Source: Eledone cirrhosa
Taxonomy: Eukaryota
Direction: 5' to 3'
Assembly (NCBI GenBank): GCA_964016885.1
Contig: OZ024740.1
Coordinates: 149,978,001-150,042,000 of the forward strand
DNA length: 64,000 bases
A program made the translations under genes and the position numbers. This document shows, piece by piece, positions 39,386 to 51,839 of the stretch. Under the pieces are notes generated by a model, which was given only the letters and a program-made list of their open reading frames with translations, was not told the DNA's origin and made no database searches. The first letter of the stretch is position 1, and every line of letters begins with the position of its first letter.

Positions 39386-40424
39386 ACCAGATAGAAAAAT
39401 GCGTACAGCAAAAAAAAGTAATATTGTTGGAATATAAACCTTTAAAAATACAGGACAAGAAACTAAAATAAAACTTTAAAAGAATAGGACAAGAAACTAA
39501 GATAAAACTTTAAAAGAATGGGACAAGAAACTAAGATAAAACTTTAAAGAATTGGACAAGAAATAAAAATGTTTACAATAATATTAGTGGCAAAATTATT
39601 TTATTCGTTTCCTGTGCTATGCCCCAGTATCTTCTTGATTAGTGCATAATAATTGTCATGCTCTCATTGTGCGTTGCCCTTGAGCGGTTGGTTCTGGTTG
39701 GGGTTGGTTGGCTGAGCAGTTCTGCTCCGTCAGAATGACCATTGCAAGACGAATTGGCCGATGCAGCTGCAGGTCTCCTCCAAGAATGCACTTCTGGTCC
39801 CGCAACACCAGACGAAGATGGAGAAGACGACCGGGACAAGATGTCGACTCTGACCACCGACTACGGCACCTCCCTCAACCACCAGTCCTCCCTCCCTCTG
39901 TCCCGTCATCCCTCCAGTCCACCTGCTCCCCCTTCCTGTACCAGAAAGCTGTGACACGCATTCATCTGGACTGCCGGACTTGAACTCAAGGACAAGATGC
40001 AAGGAGAAGATGGACGGGTTGGTCAAGATCAAGGATGAGCGGGACGACAAGACCGTCCGCTGCTGCTCAAGATCTGTGCTCATGGGCCCATGGGTCCATT
40101 CACATTATGCATGACACATGAGGCGTGTCGCCGAATGATGAAATAGGGGTATGGTTATGGCCCAATTGGTGTTCAAACCAGGATCAAATGATCCCCCGAT
40201 CTGACAACGACCTCTGAATGTGGAACTCGATTTTTTACCAATAAAAATTTTGCCACTAATATTATTGTAAAATTTTTTATTTCTTGTCCAATTCTTTAAA
40301 GTTTTATCTTAGTTTCTTGTCCTATTCTTTTAAAGTTTTATTTTAGTTTCTTGTCCTGTATTTTTTAAAGTTTTATATTCCAACAATATTACTTTTTTTT
40401 GCTGTACGCATTTTTCTATCTGGT
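39386..40424. mobile_element. Foldback DNA element with ~200-bp TIRs (ACCAGATAGAAAAATGCG...) containing ~33-bp subterminal tandem repeats; GC-richer core
   Basis: 39386-39606 is the reverse complement of 40239-40424; repeated GGACAAGAAACTAAGATAAAACTTTAAAAGAAT units. Confidence 0.85.
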
Positions 40425-41543
40425 ATATATATGTGTGTGTATATATATGTGTGTGTGTGTGTCTTTGACCATTGTATATAGATCACAGACAGCCACATAT
40501 ATATATACACACACACATATATATATGTATATACACACACACATATATATACATACACACACGTATATATATTTATGGGCTGCCCAGTTTGATTTCACAT
40601 TATATACGTGTCTGTGTATATCTTAATTATTTAAAAATTATCTTTAAGTGAACATGATTTTTAAAAATTATGAAGTGAACGTGACCCAACGGGTCACGGG
40701 TGGTCTAGTTGTCTATAAAAGTGGAGCTAATTCTATCACGGAAACATTTGGTGCTCATGTATTGTTAATTGAATTCTTTCCATCTAAACCTCATTCTAAC
40801 CCTTCACCCTCACCCCACCACCTACAATTATCCTATCTGGGAGAAATGATGGAAATAAGTCCACCTCCAACAATATTTGAACTCACAAATTTCGCGGATC
40901 AAAAATAAATAATAATACTAAATACTGCAATTAAATTTTTCCACAGCTTTCATCAACCCATCCTCCTTTCTTCCGTTCTTACCGGAAAACAAACATATCA
41001 GTCGACATTCAGTGTTGTGATGCATGTCCACAATAGGAAAATGAGTCTCATCCGGGGGTTGGGATTGCAGGAAATTAAGAAGATATGCTAGGACTATACG
41101 AAAATATGCAGGAAGGCTCTTAAGAAACAGTGTTTTTCTTGAAGCTCGTTGATAACAAACAGCATAGCATAGTTTGTTTTGCTTTTTCATGTTATTTTTA
41201 AACATGTGAGACTAAGAATTATTTGTGGTATTTCGTGACGTCCCTTTTTGTTTTGAGTCCGAATATAACTAGGGTTAACTTCGTGATTTATCTCTTTGGA
41301 ATTGTATTATCATGATGTCGATGAACATGATGACGATGATCATGATGATATAGGCATTCATGGAATATTTATTGCGCAATATTCATGTTTTATTTACAAA
41401 TGTTATAACATCTATATCGTTTCTTTTTTTAATCTATGTATTTTCAATAACAATACACACCGTTCGCTAGCCAAACACAATTCTGCCTTGTGATTCTCTT
41501 CATTGGCGAATAGTTATTTGACCAGCGGTGTTGAATAATAATA

Positions 41544-41732
41544 ATAATTTCTACTTTTGGCACAAGGCCAGCAATTATCGCAGTGTGTTACTGGTACTTT
41601 ATTTTATCGACCCCGTAAGGATGAAAGGCAAAGTTAACCTCGGCGGGGTTTGAACTCACACATAAAGGGCCGTAACTCTTTGCTGCAAAGCATGGCGTCC
41701 AACCCTCTACCAATACTGCCAATCCACCGCCC
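41544..41732 (-). mobile_element. tRNA-derived SINE with 15-bp TSD
   Basis: A box TGGCAGTATTGG, B box GTTCAAACC, central GCCTTTCATCC..GGGGTCGATAAAAT (MetaSINE-like); TSD TGTTGAATAATAATA at 41529-41543 and 41733-41747. Confidence 0.85.
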
Positions 41733-41756
41733 TGTTGAATAATAATATTGGTTTCT

Positions 41757-44700
41757 GAATAATAATAATGGTTTCTTTATTGGCCACAAGGGCTAACAAG
41801 AAGAAAAACATTAGATACGGCACAGAACAGTACAGGACGATACAAAGTGGGTTTTGGTCGTGTAAACAGGTTATAACAAAATAGAAATAGGGATAGCTTA
41901 TCCCGAACCGGCAACGCTCCCCGGTAGCACTGCCAGGCCAGGGATTTCTGGAAGTTGTTCATAGGCCCCGGTCTGAACCTTCTCTTGAAAAGAGAGAACA
42001 GCTGATCGTCTTCGACGCCCAGGGTCTCCCCGAGAACTTCGTCGCTCTTTCCCTCCACTAGCTCTCTATAGAACGCCGAGATGGATGTTCCACCGATACT
42101 AGTGCCCAGCTGGTAGAGGGCGGTGAGCGCTTGGAGACATTCCAGCTTCCAAACGCTATCCCTCAGTCTTTTCCTGATCCAGGACTGCAGCTCCGTCAAG
42201 GAGATGAGCTGGGGAAAAGGGCGTTTGGCAAAATGGCAACCACACCTGTTCACCGTCAAGGAAGCACCAGAGATGTCGCAGCCTCAGCGCATGTTTGCGC
42301 ATCATCAGCCACGGCATTCCCAGTTCTCCACGCAAAGGGTGCTGAAAGAAGATGGATCGTCTGACCATGGGATAAACTCCCAGTTCCACAAAAAGCGGAA
42401 GAGAAGGCGCTCTATTTTGGTCAGAGGTGGGCGGGGGCAAGGTACGATGGTCAGGTGGTAGCAGGTGACGGACGCGATGTACGCATTCGCCACCTCCGCC
42501 CGACCTTTCAGAGACAGCCTCCTCTCGGCCCATTTCTGGGTGAGAGAGGCCACCCTGTTCGTCACCTCGCTCCAGTTTTTCTTCATCTGGAGGTCCGGAC
42601 CGAACCAGCCCCCGAGCAATTTAACCGGTCCTTCAGTCCAGCGCCACACGACGCTGTCGGGTGGCATGGACTTGCCTCTCCAGGTGCCGAGCTGCAAGCC
42701 CACCGACTTTTCCTGGTTTATCTTTGCTCATGTCACCGTTTCGTATTCGTTGAGAGTGGTATCGAGCATCTGGACGTGTTTGGGGCTCAACACCACCACG
42801 GTGACTTCGTCGGCGTAAGTTGACACGGATCTCCCACATCCCAGCACGCGTGGGACGCTCCTCATCGTCTCCAATTTGTGCAGTAACGGTTTGAAGGCCT
42901 ATACCTACAAGAGGGACGAGAGAGGTCAACCCTGGTGAACCAAGCGCATGATGCTGAACGGCTGCGACAGGTGACCATTCACCTTCACAATCGAGCAGAT
43001 GTCACTGTGCATCGCAGCGATCCAGCTCCTAAAAACGGGCTCGAAGCCTGCCGTCTCGAGGACCGCAGCCAGATACCGATGGTCGACCCGATCAAATGCT
43101 TTAGATTGATCCAAGTTGATCAGGGCTCCACCCGTGCCAGGTTCCTTAACCACCCTCTCTATGATGTATCGCATAAGTGGAGGTTGTCGTGGATGGATCT
43201 GTCCGCAATGGTGCATGTCTGCGCCTCTCCCACCAGATCACCGAGGATAAGCGCCAATCTCTTTGCTAATACCTTGGCCAAAATCTTGAACTCTGCGTTT
43301 AGCAGAGTTATGGGCCTGAAGTTGTTATAACGTCCCCCTAGTTCGGGTCTTTTCTCAGCAGCGCCACCGCTCCTCGGCTCACAAAACTGGGAATGCTGCC
43401 GGTTGCAGTAGACGTCTGCCAACAGGTTACCGAACAAGTCTGGTATGTACGCATAAAGCTCGTAGGGCAGACCATCCAAACCTGGCGATTTACACCTTGT
43501 GTAGTCAGACATCGTTTCCCGTATTTCACCTGCTGTTATCGGCTTTTCGCAGCACTGCGCTGCGGTCGTCGAGAGCCACGGCAGTCCGTCGAGGTATGCA
43601 TCGAACTCCATGCTCCGATCCGACTCGCCGCCGCTCCCGAAGAATTGAGCAAAGTGCTGTTGAATAGCCGCGCGCATCTACTCGGGTTTAAGCAACATGC
43701 GCCCGTTTAGATCAGGCAAAGATCGAATTGTGGATGTGTTGCCACGTCGAGCCTCCACCACTCGGGCCCATTGAACGGCTTTCGTTACTTCGTGTCTCAG
43801 AGCACGCGCTCAAGCTCTGACAACGCAGCCTTCATGCTTTGCGTTGAAGAGTTGGTTGAGTGCCAAACTCGCCGCAAGCACGTCGGTTGCGATGCCTGTC
43901 CTAAACGCCTCTTCTAGCTTTCTAACTAGCTCTCCCTCTACTCTATTTTCCTCTATCACTACTCCTTTGCTAAACCTTATCGATTCTACTCTAATTGCCC
44001 TTTTCACAGTAAACCACCACCTGTTGTTGACGACCGCATCCGTCAACGAACGCTTAATCAATTCCCTAATCCAGTCTCTGTAAACTTTGCGCGCCGGGAA
44101 CGACACGTTCAGCTTCCAGTAACCGGGCCCTTTGTGGTCTGTGTAGTCGACTACTTTAAATTATGGACAAACTACACTAGCCTTATCTGTTTCCCTACAG
44201 AATACCCTATCTAAATACGATCTGGATGACCCGATGCCGTTTGCCCATGTCCACATTGGCACATTCGGATAATCCAGACTATACCTGTCAGACAGTTCAA
44301 AATGTCTGAGCAAGTTGTTGAGGCTTTTACACCCTCCTCCCGTGTCTACTAGCCCCACATAAGCCCAGCATGCATCTAAGATACCGTCCCAGCCGCCCAC
44401 TAACACTAAAGAGCGGGACGTTCCAAGAAAGGGCTCTAGACGTCTGAAGAAATCTGGCCGTCCTGCCCCTGTTGGGGCGTAGACGGCTACTAGCCTGAAA
44501 GCATTGCCTTCGCTGCGGGCCACGTCCAGCACCACCGACTTACCTTCTGGGTCCAGGAAGATGGCCTGTGTGGTGAGATCCAAATCTCTCCGAAAAACAC
44601 AGCAACTCCCTGCCCCGGACGGCTGGGAGATGCGTATACATCGTAGACACCGAAGATCGGTGCGAAGGCTCATGCTTCGGAGATCTGGTTTCGCTGATGA

Positions 44701-46860
44701 CTACCACATCTATGTTTAGTGACATAAGGTCATTGAGCAGGTGGCCCTGCTTCCAAGATGACCCCAGGCCACGTACATTTATACTGCCTATTCTAAGTAA
44801 GGCCATGTTGGGTGAGGAATGGAGTAAGTGAGAAAGGAACACCTACCCTGACGTGTGGTAAAGGGACAGTAGGACCGTCCCTTTGGCTTGTCATGGGTGT
44901 CTCCAGGATGATATCTGTGTATATTCTTTTGGAGAGTGGCCCACTGAAATCCCCAACTGCCTTGGGGAATTTTTGTTTTAACTGATTATAATCTTGCAGC
45001 TTAATTTCGACAATGTTAATATTTTTTGGTAATGTTCTTGGTGTTGATGGAGTGTGGTAATTTATGTCTGTAATGTCTGTGTGCTGTTTTATATGTTCCA
45101 TTAATTGTTTGTTTGCGATGTTTACGGCCGTGTATTTTTTTTTTTTTGGGGGGGGGGGGGCAGATTTTTTGTTGTTTCTGTTGGGTGTTTGTGCTTTGTT
45201 GTGTTTGTGATGTTGGTGTTTGTGGTGATGCTGGTGGTGGTGTGGTTGTTGTTCGTGGTGATGCTGGTGGTGGTGTGGTTGTTGTTCGTGGTGATGCTGG
45301 TGATGGTAATGGTGATGGTGGTAGTGTTGTTGCAAGTCGCCTTGCGGCTTTTACTCCTCTTTCTTTGCCCTTGCTTTCGGAGGGCGAAGCTGCGATGTTT
45401 TTGCGTTTGTTTTTTCTCTTGCAAACAGTTTTCCAATCCTCAGCCGCCTCATACCCCATGTCCGACTGTGAGAGGTCGGGGAGGGGTATGAGTTCTATCC
45501 TCTCATTTGTCTTTGTTGTTGTTGTTGGTTGTGGTGGTGGTGGTGGTGGTGGTGGTGGTGGAGGAACCTGATCTGCCGTTCTGGGCGCAGGTGCAGCTAG
45601 TGCACTTGTTTCTGTTGCTGCAGTTGCCGCCGCTGTTTTTGTTGTCCGTGGCTTTGGTGTGGGTGCCACGGACGTTGTCCTCCTACTCTCTGTAGAAGAT
45701 CCCGACTTTTTCGCTGACTGCTCTGTTTCTGATGGCAGCGGTTCCGGCGTTGGAAGGAGGGGACCTTCGCCTTTGTTATCTTTTGTTTGCAGAAGGCCCT
45801 GAGGTGAGACTTCGATCCACAGTTGAAACACTTTGGGCACCGTCCTTCCACAGATATGGGAAGTTGTGAGCCATTCCCGAGGTCTATTACGTAGGGAATA
45901 GCACTTATGCAGTCTTGGTCGGTTTGGATGCGCATCTCCATTCCAATACCGGACCAGTCCTCTCTCCCCAACTGCTGTACCTGCAGAATGGTTGTTCTAT
46001 CTTCGATACCCGCAAGAACAGACACGACCAGCCAAGGCACGGGTACATAGGGCCGGACCTGGGTTACCCTGACCTTTGCATTTTTTTCCGGCAGTAAAAC
46101 GGGACTAATGTTATGTCATCACTTCGTAGGGTCCTCAGTGAGTGCGATTTTGCTTCCTGGATGGTAGCAAAAAGGACGTCCACGGTAGCATACTTCTTGC
46201 CTCGGGTGAGTGTGGATTTTTTGTGTCCACACAGATCCCAAGGCCTTCTGGATTTGGGCCTCTGTGGCTCTCTCCACACGACGCGATTTCGAGGAAATTG
46301 CGCGGTATGACATTGTGCGTCGCTCTTGTTCCTCCAGGAAGCTGGTTGGTGGTATCAAGGGCACTAAAAATTCAGTTCTGGTTACCATGTGTCTTGCGAC
46401 CGCCATTTCCTCCTCTGTGACCAAGGACTGTTTCTACGTTGCGAGCCACCTTTGCAAAAGAGATGGTCCCTTTTTCAGTGGCATCATTGTTGCCGCCGCC
46501 GCTATTGCTGCTACTGGTCTTGTTGTTGGTGCTGTTGCTGTTGCTATTGCTACAGACGGTGTTGTTGCTGTTATCACTGTTGCAGTTGGTTGTGTCTTTG
46601 GTGCCGCCGTTGTTGTTGTTCTCGGTGCAGTTTATATTGTTGCTGTTGGTGTACTCGCTATTTATTTTCTTGTTAGTGGTGTTAATTTCGTTGTTGCATT
46701 TGTTGTCATGTTTCTGTTGTCTGTATTTTGGTTGTCACTGCTACTGTTGTGGCTGGTGTAGTCATTTTTTTAAAAGTTAGTATTCTCAGTGTTGTAGTCA
46801 TTGCTGTCTTTCTTTACGCTGTTGTGGTGGTGTTTATTGTATAAATTTCTGTGTTCGCCG
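41757..46860 (-). mobile_element. Near full-length, decayed L1/Tx1-like LINE (ORF1 with CCHC knuckle; ORF2 APE + RT)
   Basis: ORF1 CFNCGSKSHLRAFC; ORF2 IGSINVRGL, RLVAVYAP, SYLDRVF, KSPGLDGLPYE, FRPITLLNAEFKILAK, LDQSKAFDRVDH, YRGALPVRDKL; AATAAA + (ATT)n tail at ~41760-41782. Confidence 0.92.
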
Positions 46861-47034
46861 TAACCCTCCTCTCAACTTTTACGCGACACATGACATCAGA
46901 CATATCGCTGAGGGGCGTGGCTCAGCCATGTTTTGTTTTTTGATAATTTTTAAATGTAAAAAGGTCAAATGTAAAAAGGTCAAATATTTGGGCCAAAAGG
47001 CCCAAATATTATACTTTCCTCTTCACAGGGCAAT

Positions 47035-47689
47035 TTCGTAATGCAGACAACTAGACATACAGACAGATATTATAAGGGCGTTATAGCTATCTAATGCGGT
47101 CCCTAAGGCATTGAAAATTTGAAATATTTTTTTCTCAAAACACTCACACGACCATAAATATTACATGTGGAAAGTTTGAAAAAAGTCGGTTGGGTGGTTC
47201 TCGAATTTTAGGGAGTCAGACAGATAGACAGACAGACATTCTCTGTTTTAGATATATAGATATATAATTATATATTCGTGTACAGATATTTTTTCATACA
47301 CAATAACAAAATATAAACAAACGTATTTATTTCACGAGGCTCGATAGGGATAAATATATATCAAATATATAAGAACCCTAGAGCAAATATTGTTCTCATT
47401 GCTGACGAGGCAGAAGGGGATATACACGATTGGCTGAAGAAGGACGAGACTGTTAGTAGTACGACCAACGGCCGCTATCACACCAACAACAAACAAGAGA
47501 GGGAACGCAATTACATGCTTTTGAAAAATCTTAAAGGAAAATTATTTGCCTATTCACCGAAGGCGACTTCACTTTTTATTAGGACTTCTGCATCAATTGG
47601 TGAACATACGACGAAACTGTTTCAGAAAGAAGGGATAAACATGCCAATCTATGTTTAGAATCCCGAGCAACGCCGAGCCATTCTGCTAG
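47035..47689 (+). mobile_element. Non-autonomous Helitron family 1 unit with inverted 5' segment (47035-47260)
   Basis: Same layout as 4525-4962; ends CCCGAGCAACGCCGAGCCATTCTGCTAG. Confidence 0.7.
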
Positions 47690-48647
47690 TCTATATATCT
47701 AAAACAGAGGATGTCTGTTTGTCTATCTGTCTGTCTGTCTGACTCCCTAAATCTCGAGAACCATCTAACCGATTATTTTCAAACATTACACATGTAATAC
47801 TTACGGTCGTGTGAGTTTTGAGCAAAGAATATTTCAAATTTTCAATGCCGTAGGGACCGCACTAGGCGCCGAACGTCGCGCCCTTATAATATCTGTCTGT
47901 ATGTCTAGCTGTCTGCATTACGACATTATGACACTATCTGTGTGGGTGTGTATATATGTATATATATATAGTGTATATATATATATATAGTGTGTAACGT
48001 TTTTCGAAATATTTACTTCTGCGTTCACAGATTAATTTATTTAGTTTCAGAAGATCCTGTTAAGAGTGAAAGCAGTGATTCTTTGCTTAAACTTTAATCT
48101 GTTATTTTAATATATATATATATATAATTATATATTCGTGTACAGATATGTTTGCATACACAAAAACAAAATATAAACAGCAGCAAAAACCACAACAAAA
48201 AAGAGAGGGAACGCAACTACATGCTTTTGAAAAATCGTAATGGAAAATTATTTGTCTATTCACCCAAGGCGACTTCACTTTTCATTAGGACTTCTGCATC
48301 AATTGGTGAACATACGACGAAACATTGAAAGGAGTAAGACAACACCACTCTCCCTCACTGCAGTCATACATGTAACTATTGCTTTCATTGTACCATAGCA
48401 CAACAAAAAGTTCGATTTGTCGAATGCCTTTTTACTTAACCCTATCGTCTTGATTTTCGTGGGTTGAACATGTTACTCTCAGGTACCCAATTAAGTTAAA
48501 CCCCTGGTAATCTACGACGAATTTTTTTTATAAGCACAAAATCCCGAGGCCGAAGTATTCCGTACTTCTCTGAACTGTTTCAGAAAGGAGGGATAAACAT
48601 GCCAATCTATGTTTAGAATCCCGAGAAACGCCGGGCCATTCTGCTAG
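47690..48647 (+). mobile_element. Non-autonomous Helitron family 1, collinear copy
   Basis: 5' TCTATATATCTAAAACAGAGGATG; 3' CCCGAGAAACGCCGGGCCATTCTGCTAG. Confidence 0.8.
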
Positions 48648-48654
48648 TATATAA

Positions 48655-51184
48655 GTAAAATAGAAAAAAAAAAGATTGCTTACCTACGAAAACCCATGGA
48701 ATATGTGACAATGCTCCTTACTTGAAAACAAACACAAACAAAAAAATCCACTCCTCCCCAACAAAAAGTGAAAAATAAAATAGAAACGATGTTTGGTAAC
48801 AGTAGAACCAGAACTCTTCAATATAAGCTGATCACCCTCAAACAGGAATTGGGAGCTGTCAGCGAGAAACGTTGATACCAGAAGAAGGTAGATGAAAGAA
48901 AAGTGCTTAATAAAAGATTCAGACGAAACCAAACATCCCAGAGAGAAATAGATTCCTTTTTGAGAAAAATATGGGTGAAAAGAAGAATTTCAACCAAGAT
49001 GCAGTGTGGCTAAAAGAAATCCAAAAGAACTATTGCTCCTACACTACAACAAAAACATATGAAATAAATGAGGATACCCTGAAGACTGTGATAGGAAAAC
49101 TCCAAGATAAGAAAACACCAAGAAGAGACATGATTGTCGGCTACTGGGACAAAAAATTGATATTCTTCGGAGGTATCTTACTGACCTCTACCAACAAGTT
49201 CTCAAGGGAGATATACTTATACCAGAATGGTTGACATTAGCACAAACATTACTGGTCTCCAATAACAAAGACATCCAGTTGGCAAAAAACTACCGACCCA
49301 TTGCATGCCAGAACCTGATGTATAAAATGTATACAGCCTGCCTGAACCTATTTCTCCAAGATCACTGTGAAAATAATTGTTTCTACTTTAGGCACAAGGC
49401 CAGCAATTTCCCAGTAACATCATCACAGATGAACAAGCAGCTGGAAAGAAGGGTATTTGGAGGAGTGCTGAACAACTCCTAATTAACAAAACTGCAATGT
49501 TGGAGGTGCGCCAACTTAGGAGGAATATGACTACAGTCTGGCTGGACTACAGGAAAGCTTTTGATTCTGTTCCCCACTCCTGGATGATAGAGGCCCTCCG
49601 ACTTGTTGAAGTCCCAGGCATTATTATCAGAGCCATAGAGAAGCTGTCTTCTTCTTGGGCTACTATCCTAAAGTTAAAGACAGAGAAGGAGGACTCTATG
49701 TTCACTGATAAAATAAGATATCACAGGCGTATATTTAAAGGAGACGGTCTCTCTGTGATACTATTTACCCTGTCATTAAACCCCTTATCCTTTCTGCTCA
49801 AGAAATGTGAAGGATACATCATTGGCTCACAGGTCGACAGAAATACGAACCTAACCCATAATTTATTTGTGGATAATCTGAAACTCTATGCTAAGAACGT
49901 AGATGGGATGAAGAACAATCTTGACGTGGTTACAACATTCTCAAAGGATATAGGAATGGAGTTTGGCCAAGATAAATGTTCATATATGACTGTAAAGCAG
50001 GGAAATGATGACGAAATCCGCGCCATTGATGTTAGGATTTGAAAACAACGCCGGAAACTTCCACATCAACAATGACATAGACCACCTTTACTTGAAACGT
50101 AAGTAGGGAGGCAGAGGCCTAACATCAGTCCAGAGAGCATTTGAATGTCGCATCATATCCCTCCGACATTTACGAACCTTGAAGCGCAGGAGCCCATCTA
50201 TCGAGCAAGTCTATCTGCATGAGACAGATAAGACCATGAGAGTTGGGAAGGAGCTCCTTGAATGATATTCCTTACATGATAATCAAAAACTCACACCTAG
50301 GGAAGTTGCCCAGCAGTACACGCACTGAATCCATGGATGAAAAGCTGCATGCTTATTAGCAAAAGATCATGCATGGATATATTGCCAAGAAGCTCCAGAG
50401 TGAGAGTAATATAGATAAACCGCTATATTGGCTCCCACTTTGAAGGATAAGCTTTTGCAATCCAAGAACAGGAAATCAATACAAAGTACCTGATTCACAA
50501 AAGAGATAGGGATGCAGGCAAAACATAGATGTGATAACAAGTGCAGACTCTGCAGAATTAACTTCGAAGATATCACCCATGTCATCAGCAACTGTCCAAA
50601 GATGTCATCGCGGTACTATCTACCTATGAGGCATGATGTACTGGCCAAAACACTGTACAATGCAATCCGTAGAAAAGATAGCCCCGAAAATAAACACATT
50701 AAAAGCTACAGTAATGTGGAAGACATCCATGTACATAATATGAAAGAGTACTGGTGGAATGTTCCAGTAAAAACCCCAATAAAATGCAAGCATAACAGAC
50801 CAGATATTATGAAATGGGACAAGGAAAAGAAGGCATGCACAGTAGTGGAAGTTAGCTGCCCAGCAGATGCCAATATAATATCAAAGATTAGTGAAAAGGA
50901 CAATATTTATGCAGAACTGATGAGAAATCTGCAGATACTCCACCCTGACTATACCATCAGATTTATACCTGTTATTATTGGGTCACTGGGGTATGTTAGT
51001 AAATGCCTCAATACAAATCTTGAGAAGCTAGGCTTCACAGAAATAGAAAGAACACAACCAGTTAGGAAACTACAAGTACAATCCATTAATGGAACAGTAA
51101 AAATATGTAAAACATTCCAAAAATTCTGCATCTAATAACTGCATATATACACATGTACAGATATATGCACACATACAACTCAAA

Positions 51185-51221
<37 letters not shown>

Positions 51222-51380
51222 ATAACATCCATACCTGCACACATGCATGCATGCAGACATACATACACATCTACCTAGTTGATGTTATGTAAATTCCAAT
51301 GAGAGAGTCTTGTGTCTATGTAAGAAACCGACTCTCTCTCTATTGGTAAAACTTTGTGAAATTATAAAGCCAGAAGAACA
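48655..51380 (+). mobile_element. R4/Dong-like non-LTR element (RT + CCHC + restriction-like endonuclease), truncated and internally deleted
   Basis: NYRPIAC, WLDYRKAFDSVPHSW, GDGLSVILF, LFVDNLKLY, CRLC..HVISNC, RHD, RPDI..VVEVSCP..KDNIY; 3' UTR ends in (CATA)n. Confidence 0.9.
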
Positions 51381-51595
51381 TACATACATACCTACACACA
51401 CATACATACATACACACACATACACACATACATACATACATACATATATACATACATACATACATACATACATACATACATACATACATACATACATACA
51501 TGATGGCTGCCCCCTCGTTATCGAGCATGGCCATTGCACGTGGAGAAAGAAAAAAAAAATAATAATAAATAAATAAAAAGAAAATAAAAAAAAAG

Positions 51596-51648
<53 letters not shown>

Positions 51649-51835
51649 CATACATATATACACACACACACATACTCATACACACATATACACACACACA
51701 TACTTAATAACAATAATAATAATAATAATAATAACAACAATAATAATAACGACAACAATAATAATATACATATACATATAGATATACACACACACGCACG
51801 CACATAAGCATATCTACACACACACACACACGATA
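51381..51835. repeat. Compound microsatellites ((CATA)n, (TA)n, (AAT)n) with a detached RTE 3'-terminal fragment at ~51500-51548 (-)
   Basis: Direct reading; the fragment matches the 3' end of the element at 61290-61620. Confidence 0.75.
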
Positions 51836-51839
51836 GCAA

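Larger units (their letters stand above)
33483..40708 (+). mobile_element. Non-autonomous Helitron family 2, copy B, whose internal (TA)n hosts ~6.5 kb of nested insertions
   Basis: 5' block 33483-33830 matches 31514-31830; 3' block 40455-40708 matches 32500-32570 and 33359-33482; hairpin CGTGACCC-AAC-GGGTCACG + CTAG at 40705-40708. Confidence 0.75.

Noticed and set aside
44793-46780. His-rich, Val-rich and Cys-rich ORFs
   Set aside because: Alternative or antisense frames of low-complexity triplet tracts in Tx1-like ORF1 and its UTR
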